Origin: Glaucostegus cemiculus
Lineage: Eukaryota
Length of the DNA: 64,000 bases
Direction: 5' to 3'
Assembly: GCA_976551045.1 (NCBI GenBank)
Contig: CDPCPM010000054.1
Location: 19,034,001 to 19,098,000 of the forward strand
Shown: positions 13,266-27,399 of the stretch, piece after piece
Position numbering within the stretch: position 1 is the stretch's first letter
How the letters are laid out: the number at the start of each line of letters is the position of its first letter
Made by a program: the position numbers and the translations under genes
Notes under the pieces: generated by a model
The model's input: the letters and a program-made list of their open reading frames with translations, nothing else
Databases searched by the model: none
Told to the model about the DNA's origin: nothing

Positions 13266-15799
13266 TAAGTTTTGCCCAGCTTGACTCCATGATAGACTTG
13301 TCCATTCACTTACCCTACACAGAAAGCTTCTTGGTATAATTAGTGGTTAAATATATAGAAGTTGTATTGATGCCATGGAAATTAACTGTAGTTGATGAGA
13401 TAATACTCTCGTTAAAGACTTCATTGATACAAACCTGTTCGTCAGTTTTGAGACCACACCTGAAATGCAGAAGTTAAACACAAATATTAATTGCAGGAGT
13501 GGGAGTATATGCCTAATGAGCACAGAGTATATTGACTAAAAGCTGACTTTGAATATTCTTGTCACCTGATGCTGAGACTTCAGTTGGAGGGTTACGCAAA
13601 GAGGTTGCCAAACTCCATAAAAAATGTTTTGCACATCTGATAAAGACTGAGAGTCACAGGGCAAAGCCAAGTTGAGGTAAATTGCAGCAATTTGTCATTC
13701 AAGTAAATGTCACATAAAACCACATGGAATGTTGCAGCTTTGAAAATGTGTGCATCAACCTTTTGTTGAGACCCTGTAGATAGATTTGAATCTTTAATTT
13801 GGAACCAATTTTGCATTGGTTTTGAGAACAAGTTCCTTTACCAATTTGAAATACAAAAATTGAGATCACTGGTCAAGAATATGATTTTTTTGTAGAAATA
13901 TTAATGCCTTAAAGCAGAAATACCTATTTTTATAAATTGAAATGCTTCAATTATTGAACTTGACTTTTGAGTTTTGTTGAGTTTGTGGGTTATAATCTAT
14001 ACAATTTTTCTGTGTGTCAGAGGTGACAAGGCTGAAAATGAAAAACACAGTCAGCTGTCCTGTTGGTTTAGTGGTTCCTAACACCTGGTGAAAGTAGTCA
14101 TATTGATGTTAGATAGGCAGCTCCTATTGGAAATATGTTTTCTCCCAGAAAGTCACATCATCATACAAAAGAACTCATTTGTTTCCAAGTCATTGGCGCA
14201 AACCCAACAAAGTGTCTCGTTTACTTAAGTACCTCACTGAAACATCTTATCATATGCCAGCAAAATAGTATCCTAGAGGAAATAATTAGTGTAGTGTACA
14301 TTGAATTACTCCTTGTTCATTTCTGGTGCCCTGTAACAGCTGAAGTCTGTGACTTGCTTTCAAACATCTTTTCCCTGTCTCCTGCTTGACTGTCTGGACT
14401 TTGTTCAGATCCTTTAATGTTGCTAACAACATTCTGTTCATCATTAGTTTGGATCTCTGTTACTTCAGCAGAACAACATATGTGCAAATGAACTCTGCTT
14501 TAATGAATGTATAGTATGTTGATTCTTTTATACAGGAGAAATAACTATTTATTTATCTCTTGCAATTTTTATGTAATGCATTCCTAACCAGTTAGTCTGA
14601 CCTCTCTACACTCAGATTCAAGGTAATTATAATGCTAACTGTTACTTATGTGTGCCTAGTCTACTTGGCTTTTTCTACAATTTGTTACATGGAGTTGTGT
14701 CTGGCTACAGGTGAGGGAGAATATTCTAGCAGTCATTCAATAAGATTTTGATCTGGGTATATAGCTACAATTGTGATTAAAACTCTATCATAACAGAAAA
14801 ATTAGCAAAAATATACTTGAATTCCATTTGGGTTATAACTGGCTGGAATTATAACTTTAGCATTAGGTTGATGCTTAGTGTAAACACAACACAGAGCAAA
14901 TCAGCGGCTGATCTTAAACTATGCATGACATTCTTTACTATTGAAGTTAAGGGCAAAGAAAATAGGGCATGGTATCCTATAGACTGCTGAGTTCTTACTA
15001 TGTGTGTTCCTGCTTTGGATAGAGATTTATCTTTGCTGCACTGAATTCAAAGGTTTTGAATCCCATCTCCATTCCAGAATTTGAATACATTTTCCAGGTT
15101 TCTGGAGTAGTGGTGCACTTTGGAGGAATAGCTATCCAGAGGCAATCTTAAACTGAGTCTGATTGTGCTTCTTCAATCTAATCTAGACCTTGGTCTCTAG
15201 ATCAGATTGCACAAGAAAATAGGTGCTGATGTGATAGTCAATTGATCCATGTCTGCATGTCCCAGAACAAGCCATGAATGAAAGCCATGCTGCCTGCTCA
15301 GTTTCATGATTACAGCACCAGCCAACACCAGCCTGTGCTATTAATTTTCTCGGCACAGTTTTGTGAGTATCAGCTCAAGCACCACTTAAAGCCACCACCC
15401 TGGCAGTTACTTAACCATGACAGACACACCACCCAAATACATTCTGTAACATTCTCTAATATGTATTCCTCCTTTCTGGATGTCAAGATGGGGAAGGATC
15501 AATGCCAGTGGTAACAAGCTAGGGCGGGTGTGTGTGAGAGTGGGTTGGGGTAATTGTGAGGAGATGGTAGTGTTCAAAGAGGGTGTGGGGAGCACTCAAA
15601 GCTGCTTCAGTTCACTCCCCTGGGGTAAGATGGACAGATGATCATAGCGTACATGCTCAGCAGTGGAATGGACACCGTGGCAACTCTCCAATTACCTGGG
15701 GAGATTGGATCTGAGAAAGTCAGCTCTGAAGTTGACAAGGTTTCAACTTAAAAAGCAACTGCACACTTAAAACACTGCAGTCCTCAATGCACAGTTCCC

Positions 15800-16057
15800 T
15801 TATATGATGAGGTAGACTCTTGGCTTCTCAATCTACTTTGTGACCTTACACCTTATTGCCTACCTGCAATGCACTTCCTCTGTAGTTGTGATACTTTACT
15901 CTGTACTGTTATTGTTTTTACCTGTACTAGCTCAATTCACTCTGTACTAACTCAATGTAACTGCACTGTGTAATGAATTGACCTGTACGATCAGTATGCA
16001 AGACAGGTTTTTCACTGTACTTCGGTACAAGTGACAATAATAAACCAATACCAATAC
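15800..16057 (+). mobile_element. Rex1-like LINE 3' UTR tail
   Basis: ...ttttcactgtacttcggtacaagtgacaataataaaccaatacc, the same tail as 26100-26145 and 51700-51750. Confidence 0.5.
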
Positions 16058-17989
16058 TATGCATGTGTATCCTGCACAATATACATCGCTAACTCAGAAA
16101 ACTCAAATGTTTCAGAAGACTACTGAGATTCAGAGGGCAAGACAAATTTCCAAACACAGAAATTCTCCAGTACAGAAGAATGGAGTGTTAGCATCATGAC
16201 CGCACAACTGAGATAATGAGTCATTAGCAAGAATGCTGGATGACTATATTGCAGAGAATATTTCATGGAGAAGTTATGAAAGGGAAGTGCTCATGAGATG
16301 GATAGCATTAAAGAAACAAGACTCTTTGAGCTCAGCAGCTAACCTCAGCAAAAATAATGTTGAAGAATGGGAAAGATTCTTCAAACTTTTCAGGTAGTCA
16401 ATGGTGGTTCATCAGGCTGTGAAATACAGTACAGCAGAGATGCTAAAACAAAGAGGAATATTCATAACTCCCACCAAGAAGTACAATGGTCAGCTTCCCC
16501 ATGCCTAGCACCAACCTGCACTCAATGCAAAAGTAAGTTCCTCTTAAAAGAGGGCATTGGTTACAAACTGGTTCACCAAAACCTTTGGTGTATATCGAAA
16601 TGTCAGCCAGCTTTGTTTCTGGAAGACATGTGGTGGTGGAGAGGGGGGGGTTGATGCAAATGTGAAAGAATAAATTGGAATCAGGATAGGATTAGTGTAA
16701 ATGGGTATGTGATGGTCAGTGTGGACTCAGTGGGCGGAAAGGCCTGTTTCCATCCTGTATTACTCTATGACTCTATATATGGAATAGTAAGGATGGTAGT
16801 TTCTTCTAGCTCCTAAACAATGCAATCACCATGCATGTTGAGTACATTACTGAGTTCTAATTTGGTAAAAAATAATGCCAAGTTAGCTTTGCACACTGAT
16901 TGATGTCATGACCTGTTTACTTTGCAAGCTTCCACTGTGTGTGTACAACCTTTTCTTCACAATATTTCAATGAGTATGACTCATCTCACAAATGTGTACT
17001 AGTGCATTCCATGCTAAGTTGGAAGTAAACTAGCAGCATCAGCCCCCAAACATAAAGCAATGCACAGCCACATCTTACGCCCTCCTTTCCATTTTGTGAA
17101 GAATGGAGATTTCCCAGATTCTTGACCCACAGACATCCTTCAATCAGTATTATCAGAGCAGTTTCATAGCTGTTCATCTTATTGCTATATTGGAGACACT
17201 GGGAGACATTTAGAAGGGAGTATATTGAAAAGAAGTTGGGTCCTGTAGTGCATATCCAGCTTTTTTCAGTTCTTCTACAATCAGAGCTATAAATTATGGT
17301 AGTTTTCTGATAGATCTTTTTGTCCAATGTAATTGGATATATAATAAAAAAAACAAACATGATTTTTGCTCAGTCTCACTTTTCACTCAGTGCTGCAGTC
17401 TAAAAGTGCTAATACTATAAACTGAAAGATTATCCCACCTGTCATACTTCATCCTTTACCTCATGTGACTTCAGCGAAGTACACACACAATACTGCATTC
17501 ATCAGTGCTACAAACACCAGCTACAGAATGTGACAGGTGCAATAACTACTCATGTTCACCACAAACTATGAATTGTCCTCTCATTTATTTTCTCACACTT
17601 CTTTATTTCTTGATTCATGTTTATTTCACCCTATTACTTAGCACCACCCAAAACTATACAGACAGCTTTGCAACAGTAAAATAATTTGCAATCTACAAGT
17701 AGTATCCATTGTTATTTCTCTATCAGAGAAAGTCCCTTGGTTTCACCACATTTTGCTGCTACCCAGACTAACTTACTTCTCTCTTTCTCAAGTCTGATGC
17801 AGGGTCCCTCATCTGAAACATCAGTTGTTTCTCTTTTCACAAATGCTGCCTGACTTGCTCAGTTTTTCCAACATTTTCCATTTTCTGTTTTTTTTAAGTC
17901 CTTCACATACTAGTCTAGCCTGCCAGGCAAACCTCAACACCTTATCGTTAACTCATTACATAGGGTTCGTGGCTTAATATGCTGACAAC

Positions 17990-18820
17990 TATCCCCATAG
18001 GCCATTTTGACTCATCTTATCACAGGTAATCCCTTTGTTCTGCCCTACTCTTCCCCACCTGACCTCCTTCTGAAAACTTATTTGGATCTCCTTCTTTCCA
18101 AGTTCTGACGGTGCCATAGACCTGAAACATTGACTGTGTATCCTTCCACAGATGCTAGCCTCCTCTACTGTCACGTTAAGGCCAGGCACAGGTTGGAGGA
18201 ACAACACCTCATATTACACCTTGGAAGTTTCCAACTTGATGGCCTAAACGCCAATTTCTCTAACTTCCAGTAACCCCACCCCTTCTTTTTCTTCCCTCCC
18301 CCCACCGCTCCTTTGTCTGTCCTTATTCCTATGGCTACCTTCCCCCACCTTGAGACCTGCCCATCTCCTCTCCTCTCCCATCCTTTATTCATTGGTCCAC
18401 TGCCCTCTCCTACCGGATTCCTTCTTCTTCAGCCCTTGATCTTTTCTGCCTATCACCTCTCATTTTGTTACAGCTTCTTCCCCACCCCACCCCATCCGCC
18501 CCCAACCCCACACTACCTTCTCCCTCTCAACTGGGCTCACCAATCACCTGAACTCACCTAGCCCCTGCCTGTGTGTGCTCCTCCCACTCCCCCAACCTTC
18601 TTATTCTGGCTTCTACCCTCTTCCTTTCTAATCCTGATGAGAGTCTTGGCCTGAAACATCAACTGTTTATTTCCCTCCATGGATGCTACCTGACCGGTTG
18701 AGTTCCTCCAGCACTTTTTGTGTATTGGTCCGGATTCCAGCATCTGCACAATTTCTTGTGTCTCCATTTTGCCGCTTGCCCTGTTGAGTTTTTCCAGTGT
18801 TTTCTGTTTTTATTTTATAT
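17990..18820 (+). mobile_element. Nested Penelope-like element 3' ends: GIY-YIG-type C-terminus, CT-rich tract and pLTR with hammerhead motif
   Basis: 18163-18273 translates LYCHVKARHRLEEQHLILHLGSFQLDGLNANFSNFQ*, resembling the PLE endonuclease C-terminus. The 18158-18766 piece interrupts an older pLTR that resumes at about 18775. Confidence 0.75.
18629..18665 (+). ncRNA. Minimal type I hammerhead ribozyme motif (PLE-associated, probably decayed)
   Basis: CTGATGA (18634-18640), a short stem II region, GAAA (18653-18656), then C-ATC. The core boxes are intact but the stems are eroded. Confidence 0.55.
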
Positions 18821-19895
18821 CTATTATTACTCATTAGTAAAGAAGTAGTCTCCAGTATTAACAGGGAAAAACAGAAGCAGCAAAGGTAATGAACATGACA
18901 AAACCTGGAGACTTCAGCTGCTGCTGATTTGAATGGCAGAGCCCTATTCGTATAATGTTCTGCTGATTTTTGTCTGACAGCTAGTTTGATTGATTACCAA
19001 GCCATTAGCCAGCAGGAGTTGGGGGTTGGGGGTAGGGGGTGGGGAATGGATCTCAGCAGTCATTTGGGAAGATAGAAAATCCTGGCCAGTGAGGCTGGTC
19101 CATGCAAAGACTTCCCTGTAAGTTCTGTTCAGCACCTTTGCTCCTACTACTGCCCAACAAAGAAGGGATCTCCTCCTATCTTAACCTACTGCCAGGAGCC
19201 AAACAAGACAGGCAGCATGATGTCACCAGCATAAATTAAGTTCTGCCTTCCTTATGGAGGAACGTTGTATGTGGCCTAACTAAGGATTCTTTGAAATTTA
19301 AAACTCATGAAGCTGCCAACATTTCCCTTAGTTTGTGCCAAGTCTTATATTCTTGTGTAGCCTGCGTGAAGGTTTAAGTTCTGAGCTCTTTGCCAGCCTT
19401 TTCCTAAGTGCCCATATGTAATTCAGCAGAAGACCATGAATCCATCAATTTCCCAACATTTACGCTGATGAATCCACTCAAGAAAATCAGTATCAACATA
19501 GACCTGGAGAAGGAGCAACATCTGCATTCATTCTGACAGAAAGGAAAACTTGCAAGAGAACCAAGGTAGGTAGCAAATGATTTATATGGTTCAGACTCAT
19601 ACAGCCCAGAAACAGACTCTTTAGCCTGCAATAGCTATGCCAACCAGTAAGTATCTTCTTATACCAATCCCATTTATCAACTTTTGGTCCATTGTCTGCA
19701 GTGCCTTGGTGATTCAGGTGATGGTCCAGATGCTTCTTAATTATTGTTAGTTTACCTGCCTACATCATCTTCTCAGGCAATTCCAGATTACAATTACCCA
19801 CAGGTTCAGATGGCTTTTAAATGCAAAGCCCTGCCCCTGCATGAGGTATCCCTACTGAGAACTGAGATAAAACTTTTCATGAAGCTGGCTGCGGG

Positions 19896-20304
19896 TGTCA
19901 CAATGTTGATTGAAGAGCAAGCTCACAGAGAACCCAAATGCGGCACACTGGTAAAAGACTGGAGTCAGGATACTTCCTCAGGACCAGACACAGGCAACAC
20001 TGGAAGGAAATCTTGCCTCAGAGATCTGAGTAGTAATCCCAACACAAACTGAATCTTCAAGCAGGACTAGAGAACGCAGGACTGCTCTGGAGTAGACCAC
20101 TCTAAGCAGCTAGGAACCAAACTGAATCTTCAATGTTGACCAATCCTCTGGCAACTAGTGCTAGAGAAACCCAGGTACTTATGCTAGGCCTCTGATGGGG
20201 CTCAGGTGTGTGTCATTATGCAATCAGTCCAGCATGGAATCCATGTGCTGTACAACGAGGCATCTAAGGAACCAAATCAAGGGCCAGTACTCAGAATCAT
20301 GACA
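19896..20304. mobile_element. Solo LTR (409 bp) of an LTR retrotransposon
   Basis: Starts TGTCA and ends TGACA. Exact 5-bp duplication GCGGG at 19891-19895 and 20305-20309. Internal 16-bp direct repeat caaactgaatcttcaa at 20045 and 20118. Confidence 0.8.
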
Positions 20305-21534
20305 GCGGGATGTCCACAAATTTTAATTTTGGATTCACCACTTAAGTCAGTGATGAGTGCAGGCAACAAATTCTGGACCTAGGTCTCTATTGCCCAAACC
20401 CTCAAGAGGCTATTAGATTCATAGAGTCATACAGCATGGAAACAGGTCCTTCGGCCCAACTCATCCGTGCCATTCTTGGTACCCACAAAGCTAGTCCCAT
20501 TTGCCTGCATTATTCCTAATATCTTTATGCTTACAACTGTTTTCTTTTAAGTGGTTAATCTATTTATATGGGAAGTGTATATTACCATTGTTTTGCTTTT
20601 CTGCAAATCACAAGAGGATTTTTGAAAAGATATTTCATGGCGTGATTTATGAATAAGGAACCTGTATTCACAAATCATATAACTTAACACCTTTGTCTGT
20701 ACAAGTGAAAATCTTACACATATTTATTTATCATTAAATCCCCAACTTTATGCATTCACTGTCTTAGGCTGAAAAAACACGGGTGTGACTTTGAGCACCT
20801 GATTTACTCAATGTCTCATTCTACAATCCAAATCTTGTAACACCTTTATGGTTTATATTTCAGGTGTGTACTGGTCTTGGGAGTCCCAAATGATAAAAAT
20901 TCTCAGGAGTACAGGCAGAATTTTTCAACATGAGACAATTGTCTACCCTTGGAATACGCTTTGCTCAAAAGATTTGGGTGCTTTTACAGTTGGTATATCT
21001 ACTCAGTTTTGTTTTGCTATTGACAATCTCCTATAATGTATGTTTTACTTAAATTATGGTGGGTTTTTTTGCACTCTTGGTTTGGCTTGACTATATTTTG
21101 CTGGGTACCCTCATTCATTTGTTGGGTGGGTCAGTTCTTTTTCTGCATTTCTGATCTTTTATTCTTGGTAAATGCAATATTTTTTATTTCCACAGTCATA
21201 GCAGCATAGAAACAGGCCCTTCAGCCCAACTCGATTGAGGTGCCTTCCTGAGTTAGTCCCATTTGCTTGCATTTAGCCCATGTCCCTCTAGAATCTGTCC
21301 AAATATTTTTCAGACTTTATAAATGTACCCACCTTACCACTTCCCCTGTCAGCTCGTTCCATATACCCACCACCCTCTGTGTGAAAAACTTACTTCTTTG
21401 TTCCCCTTTTTCCTCTCATCTTTCTGTTAATTTTCAGGCAGAGACATGAGAACTGGTTCTAAATATACTTGAAAAAAGGAAGGTAAATTTAAATTAAGCT
21501 AACAATTTCAAAAACCTATCAGACATATAAGGTT

Positions 21535-21790
21535 CCCATCAGAGAGGAGGTACAAGAGCCTGAAGACCCACACTCATTGTTTCAGGAACAGCTTCTTCCC
21601 TCTGCCATCAGATTTCTTAACGCATCCATGAACCCATTCTACCTCATTCTTCTTCTTTTGCACTATTTATTTATTTTGTAACTTACAGTCATTTTTATGT
21701 CTTTATGTCTTCCACTGTACTCCTGTAGCAAAACAACAAATTTCACAACATATGCCAGTGATAATAAACCTGATTCTGATTCTGATTCTG
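21535..21790 (+). mobile_element. Rex1/Babar-like LINE 3' fragment with (ATTCTG)n tail
   Basis: ccatcagagaggaggtacaagagcctgaagacccacact...caggaacagcttcttccc, ending aataaacctgattctgattctgattctg. Confidence 0.6.
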
Positions 21791-22344
21791 ACCTTTTATC
21801 TGTACTCATCACTCATTGATAGTCTCAGACTTGCCACTGGAGCTGTTATCTCCACTTCATCATAAAGTCATGAAAGCATTTGGATCCAGTATAGCTCACT
21901 TCCCAGAAGTAAGTCTTTCCTCACCAAGGAACCAATTCAATTCATTCAAGACAGCTCAGGTAGACTTTATTACCAATCCACTGTGTTTGAAAAGAGCAAG
22001 GATGTTGTCATTCTTTCTTTGCTTCTGGACAGATAATGCCGTTTCATTGGGTGCAAAGTTCCATATACAAATTCCATGAAGGCATCGGGCAATTGGCACT
22101 CTTGAACAGAAAGTGTTTAATGTTCGAGAGTTATCTGAAGGAAGAAACGTGTATTCATGGATTTTACGCCAGATGTAACCAGAGAGTTTTCACTCTGTAT
22201 GCTTATTTGTGAGAAGTGACACAATGGGTGAATGGTTCTGACAAGATCTTGGCTGTTCTCCCCATGAGTGTTTACCACTAACAATGTTCTCAAAAGCTGA
22301 GGAGTATATCTGCCCGGAAACATTAGAATCTGGTTACTATTCTT

Positions 22345-23300
22345 CTTCTGTCTCACAACTCAAGTAGCTTGGTTTTGATCCTAACCTCCTGTACTGTCTG
22401 TGAGGAGTTTGCATGTTCTCCCTGTGACTGTGTAGCTTTCCCTGGGGTGCTCTGGTTTCCTTCCACATACAACACAGAACAGTATAACACAGGAACAAGT
22501 CCTTTGGCCCACAATATATGTGCCAATGAAACTAATCCCATCTGCCTGTACATGATCCATATCCTTCCATCCCTTTTGAGTTCAGGTGTCCATCTAAATG
22601 CCTCTACCACATCTGATTCCACTACCACTACTGGCAGCTCCTTCTAACCACCTACTACTCTCTGTATAAAGAAAACTTACCTCGCACATTTCCCTTAAAC
22701 TTTCCCCCTCTTACCTTAAAGATATGCCCTCTGGCATTTGACATTTCTACTGTAGGAAAGAGACTCTATGTAACCCATCTATACCTCCCATAACTTTTAT
22801 AAACTTGGGGTGGTAGTGGAGGCAGATACGTTGGACAGGTTTAAGAGATTATTAGATAGGCACATGGAAGAATGTGGAATAGTAGGATATGAGGGTGGAA
22901 AGAGTTAGTTTGGGAGATGTTTGTAGGATGGCACAGCTTGATGGGCTGAAGGGCCTGTTCTGTGCAGTATTGTTCTATGTTCTATGTATGTTTTTAACTT
23001 CTATAAACTCCCCTCAGCCTCTGATGCTCCAGAGAAAACAAGGCAAGTCTATCCAACCTCTCCCTATAGCTAATATACTCTAAACCAGGTAGCATCCTGG
23101 TGATGTATGGGCTGGTAGGTTAGTTTGCCTGCTGTAAGTAACCCATATTGTAGGGGGGCAGCAGGAGGATCAGTGAGCTGATGGGCATGTGAGAGCAAAT
23201 AGGTTACAGGGAAATAAGTGGAGGAATGGGATTGCTCAGAAAACTGGCTTAGACTCAATGAGCTGAATGGCCTCCTTAAATATCATGAGAGAATATGAAA
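22345..23300. mobile_element. Nested stack: V-SINE (+) interrupted by CR1 (-), itself interrupted by a CR1 tail (+)
   Basis: V-domain 22395-22468; CR1(-) 22470-22805 and 22995-23102; CR1(+) tail 22806-22985; SINE resumes at about 23103. Confidence 0.65.
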
Positions 23301-24477
23301 ATATGAGAAAGTATAACTTAGACTTGACATTTGTCTAGGATTTGGAGCAAGCTAAGTAACCAATTCTTCAAGATTTAGATTACTGATTATGAGTAAAACC
23401 ACTGAGCAGCCCCCAGTGACAACTGAGCAAGTAACTGGGGGAATATATACCCATATTCTATAATTAGATGAAGAATAGAGGACAAAAACATTTTGAGGAG
23501 AGAAGGAAGAAGAAGCAAAAATAGTAAGTTATGAATATTATAGTTCAGTGAGCGACAGGCTAATCAGGTGTAAAATAATTTAGAATTAAAGGTCCTGGAG
23601 AAGGTATAACAGTGAGATAAAAGTGAAACCTGTGTCTTTCAGTGTCTATGTGAGATTTCTTTCCACATACCAGCTTTCCTGTGGAGATCCCTGTATCACA
23701 ATGATGGAAATGATCTGTACAGCTGGTGAGGAAGTAGCTTTACACTGAATAACAGATTCTGGATGGTGTTACAGGGATATTGGTAATATGAACACGTTTA
23801 CATATATCCAGGGTTAAGTGGCTGTCATCATTGGGTTACAAAGAAACAGCTGCTTAAACTTTGTACCACCAACTACTACAGCTATCTCTCACGGGGGATG
23901 ATATGAACTCATTCTGCGGTGATGCTAATAAGACACTCATATATTTATGTTAAATTGTCATTAACTTTCATGAGAGGTTGCTTGCCAGTCCTGCCTGTCT
24001 TGCAAGGGTTCATGTTTACTTGCTGCCTAATGATTAACTTCTGACCATTTCCTTTAAGAGAATCCTAGGAGAGTAATGATGATTGACTACAGCACTTCAT
24101 TTATTAATCGGTTGACCTGCCAAGAGGGGCTGGGTTAAATACACTTAGTGCCAACTAACCCTGCAAGACAGTACCTATGGATTAGTAAAACAACAAGGAA
24201 CTTACCAGTAATGTATGCTGTGAATGCTGTTTGATTTTGGCATGTTAAACTCCAATAGAAGTGCTGCATCTACTTGAGAGTCATTAAATCTCAGTTCAGT
24301 CAACTTCCACTTAAGTTCCCTGAGGTTAAATGAAGTGAATTCTATCACAAAACGGAGGATCTTCTGGTATGGGCAAATTTTTAATCGCATTAGTTTCTTA
24401 ATTCCTTGATCTGAAGGCTTAAACATAACAATGAAATTCCACTCTGCTATCTGAGACTCTGGCAATAAAAAAATGGG

Positions 24478-24817
24478 TTTATGTGATGCCTTTTATAGCC
24501 TAAGGATATCCCAAATCACTTTACAACCAATGAAAACACAGCAGTCAATTTGTGTGTAGCAAAGTTAGAGCCAGAACAAACTGAGATATTAATGCTGTCT
24601 AAGCTGAATCTCCCATGAAATAGTATCATGGGATCTCTTAGGAAGATGGGAGCTTGGTTTAACATCCCACCTGAACATTAGCTCCTTTGACAATGCAGCA
24701 CTCCCTCAGTATATTGCTGGCCTGTCATTCTGAAATTTGTGCTTAATTCCCTGAGGTGGGAGTCGAATCCATAACCTTTGGACTCGGAGGCATGTGTGCT
24801 CTTGCAGAGTCACAGCC
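24478..24817 (-). mobile_element. Deu-domain SINE (SacSINE1/AmnSINE1-like)
   Basis: Plus-strand aatagtatcatgggatct...ggtttaacatcccacctgaa...gacaatgcagcactccctcagta resembles the Deu core. B-box-like GGATTCGACTCCC on the minus strand near 24757-24770. Confidence 0.6.
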
Positions 24818-25639
24818 AAAGTAAACCCCTTGTGTTAGCCATGTGATAGAATGCATCAATGAGCTCGCTGTTTTACAGCATCATGTTTACACAAACTGAA
24901 TGCCAGATTCCAGACAACATTTGAACACACATTTCATAGTTCCAACATGCAGATTGATTTCTTACTCTGGGTAGTAGTTTGTTAAGTTTGCCAGCAGCCT
25001 AAGAAAAAAGGGGTTATTCATTAACAGATAAGGTAGCCTATATAAATAAATGTTTATAAGAGTTCTGAAATACAAACCCTTAATATCACTTCTTACCAGT
25101 ATGTCCACTACCAGATATAACCAGCCAGCAAAATTACCTGCAAATTATTAATTGTTTAATATTACGTACTAAATTAGACCATGAAAATTTGTTTGGACTT
25201 CATCTTCTTGCTCATTATGTATGATTTCAGTGAATTAGCCACAGCTTGAAGATAAAAATGTTTCCTTCATTATTCAGGAAATAGTATTGCATCAAGTTAG
25301 GAGTTAAAGCATATCCAACACTTACTGTTGAGAATTTGATATGGATTCCTAAAATATGCTGTAATACTTAAATGTGTCCAAGTGTTACCGAAAGAGCAGT
25401 TCAGTTCTTCAGAGTGTCTATGTGTTATAGTGAGGCACAGAAGGTCTGAATGGTAACTTAGTTGGCACTGGAAAAGTTGTGGGAGACCCTTAGATGGATT
25501 ACTTTGATTGTCCCCAGGGAGGTGCAGTATTAGAGTTAATGAGGGATGGGCACAGTATGGTGAATGGCTAAGGTGCACTTGACATGGAACTTAACAGCAG
25601 AACAAGGAAATTTGGCATGTCCAAAATGACTCTTACCAT

Positions 25640-26145
25640 TTTTTACAGATGCACCATAGAAAGCATCCAATATGATACAACTGCTCTGCCCAAGACCACA
25701 AGAAATTGTAGAAAGTGCTGAACACAGCCTAGTCCATCACACAGACCTGCCTTCCCTCCATTGTCTCCACCTACACTTCCCACTGCCTCAGAAAAGCAGC
25801 CAACATAATCAAGGACCCCTCCAACCTTGGTCATTCTTCTCCCCTCTCCAATCAGGCAGAAGATACAAATACTTGAAAGCGTGTACCACCAGAGTCAAAG
25901 ACAGCTTCTATCACTGTTATCAGACTCACATACACTAAATATGACTTCTTGATCTCCCAATCTACCTCCTGTGGCCCTTTATTTGTTTACCTGCACTACA
26001 CTTCCTCTGTAGCTGCAACACCATACTCTGCATTCTGTTTTCTTTTTACTATCTTAATATACTTACATTTGGAATGATCCGTCCAGATGGCATGCAGACA
26101 AAAGCTTTTCACTGTACCTCAGTACATGTGACAACAATAATAAAA
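25640..26145 (+). mobile_element. Rex1/Babar-like LINE 3' fragment
   Basis: FYRCTIESI...IIKDP...FFSPLQSGRRYKYLKACTTRVKDSFY read across frames. Confidence 0.7.
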
Positions 26146-27399
26146 CCAACATTTAAATCCAAAATTTTAGGCTTTTGCCTGGCAGCGAAGTAGATTGAGA
26201 CTATGGTTAGCCTTCATACAGCAAGGCCATGCTTGTGGGCTGTAGTCAAGGATTGGAGCAGAGAAAGGAAGAGATTGTTGCTGTTGTTGGGTTGGAGGAT
26301 CAAGATCAAGATCACAAGATCACAAGATAATGGAGCAGAAGCAGGCCAGTCGGCCCATCGAGTCTGCTCCAAAGGGAAGGGAGGGTGGGGAAAAAAAGAG
26401 GTAAAAAAAAACCTACTATTCTAAGTCCAAATCCCTGCCTTATCTCCATATCCCTTGATACCTTGACCAATTAGATATCTATCTATTTCCTTCTTGAATA
26501 TCCCCAATGATCTGGCTTCCACTGCTTTCTGTGGTAAGGAGTTCCACAGGTTCACCACCCTCTGGCTAAAGAAATTCCTCCTTATCTCTGTTTTGAACCT
26601 TTATAAAGGATAAACTTTATGATAGGCAAAACAAACGGCAGCAATCTGTAAACGTTTCCATCCTATCTCAAGGACTAACCTCCATGTGTACAACTTAGGA
26701 AGACATGGGTAGTTATCCTGCAAGTCCAAGTCACACAAAGTTCTCATTTGGAAATTTATCTGAACATTCCTGTGTGCTTATTAATTCACAATGTCAGAAG
26801 AGCCCTAATATGGTAAAACAAGAGTTCCTTCATCACAAGCTTTACATCAACTTCGGAAGGTAATGCCTGACTGCTCAGTGGTATGAAGTGATGGGAAACT
26901 AAGCTTCCAGCAATGCCCGTCAGTCATGAGAATGAATAAAAGGAAACCCAATTCCACTTAGTCACACAAATCATATGCTGCTCTTCCTCTCTTTGCTTCT
27001 GCATAAATTATGAAAGCCACAACCAAGCAAGCCAGCATGCAAGTGCATTTTCTACATCTGATTAAAACAAAATTGTTGACAAATCAGCATGGACATTTGG
27101 AGGAGGGCTGGGTTTCTTCCAGCTTCTTCCCTGTTGCCATGCTACTGTGCTGGATATTTCAGCAATGGCTGGTGTTAGTATTCACCTCACCTTCAGGAGG
27201 TGCTTATATAACACTACATAGTACAGGTGCTGAAATTAGTTGTGCTCAAAATAAATTATTAGGAAAAATTTTACAATTAGTGTGCACAAATAACACAAGT
27301 ATTTGCATGAGACCTGAAATGCACCAACAAAAATCAAGCACTACTGACATTGGGAAAAACAAGCAGTGCCATCTTTAACACATGCACCCAAGCACATGA

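Noticed and set aside
15174-15209. Small imperfect hairpin caatctaatctaga...tctagatcagattg
   Set aside because: Single, short and AT-rich, within decayed repeat sequence; compatible with chance.
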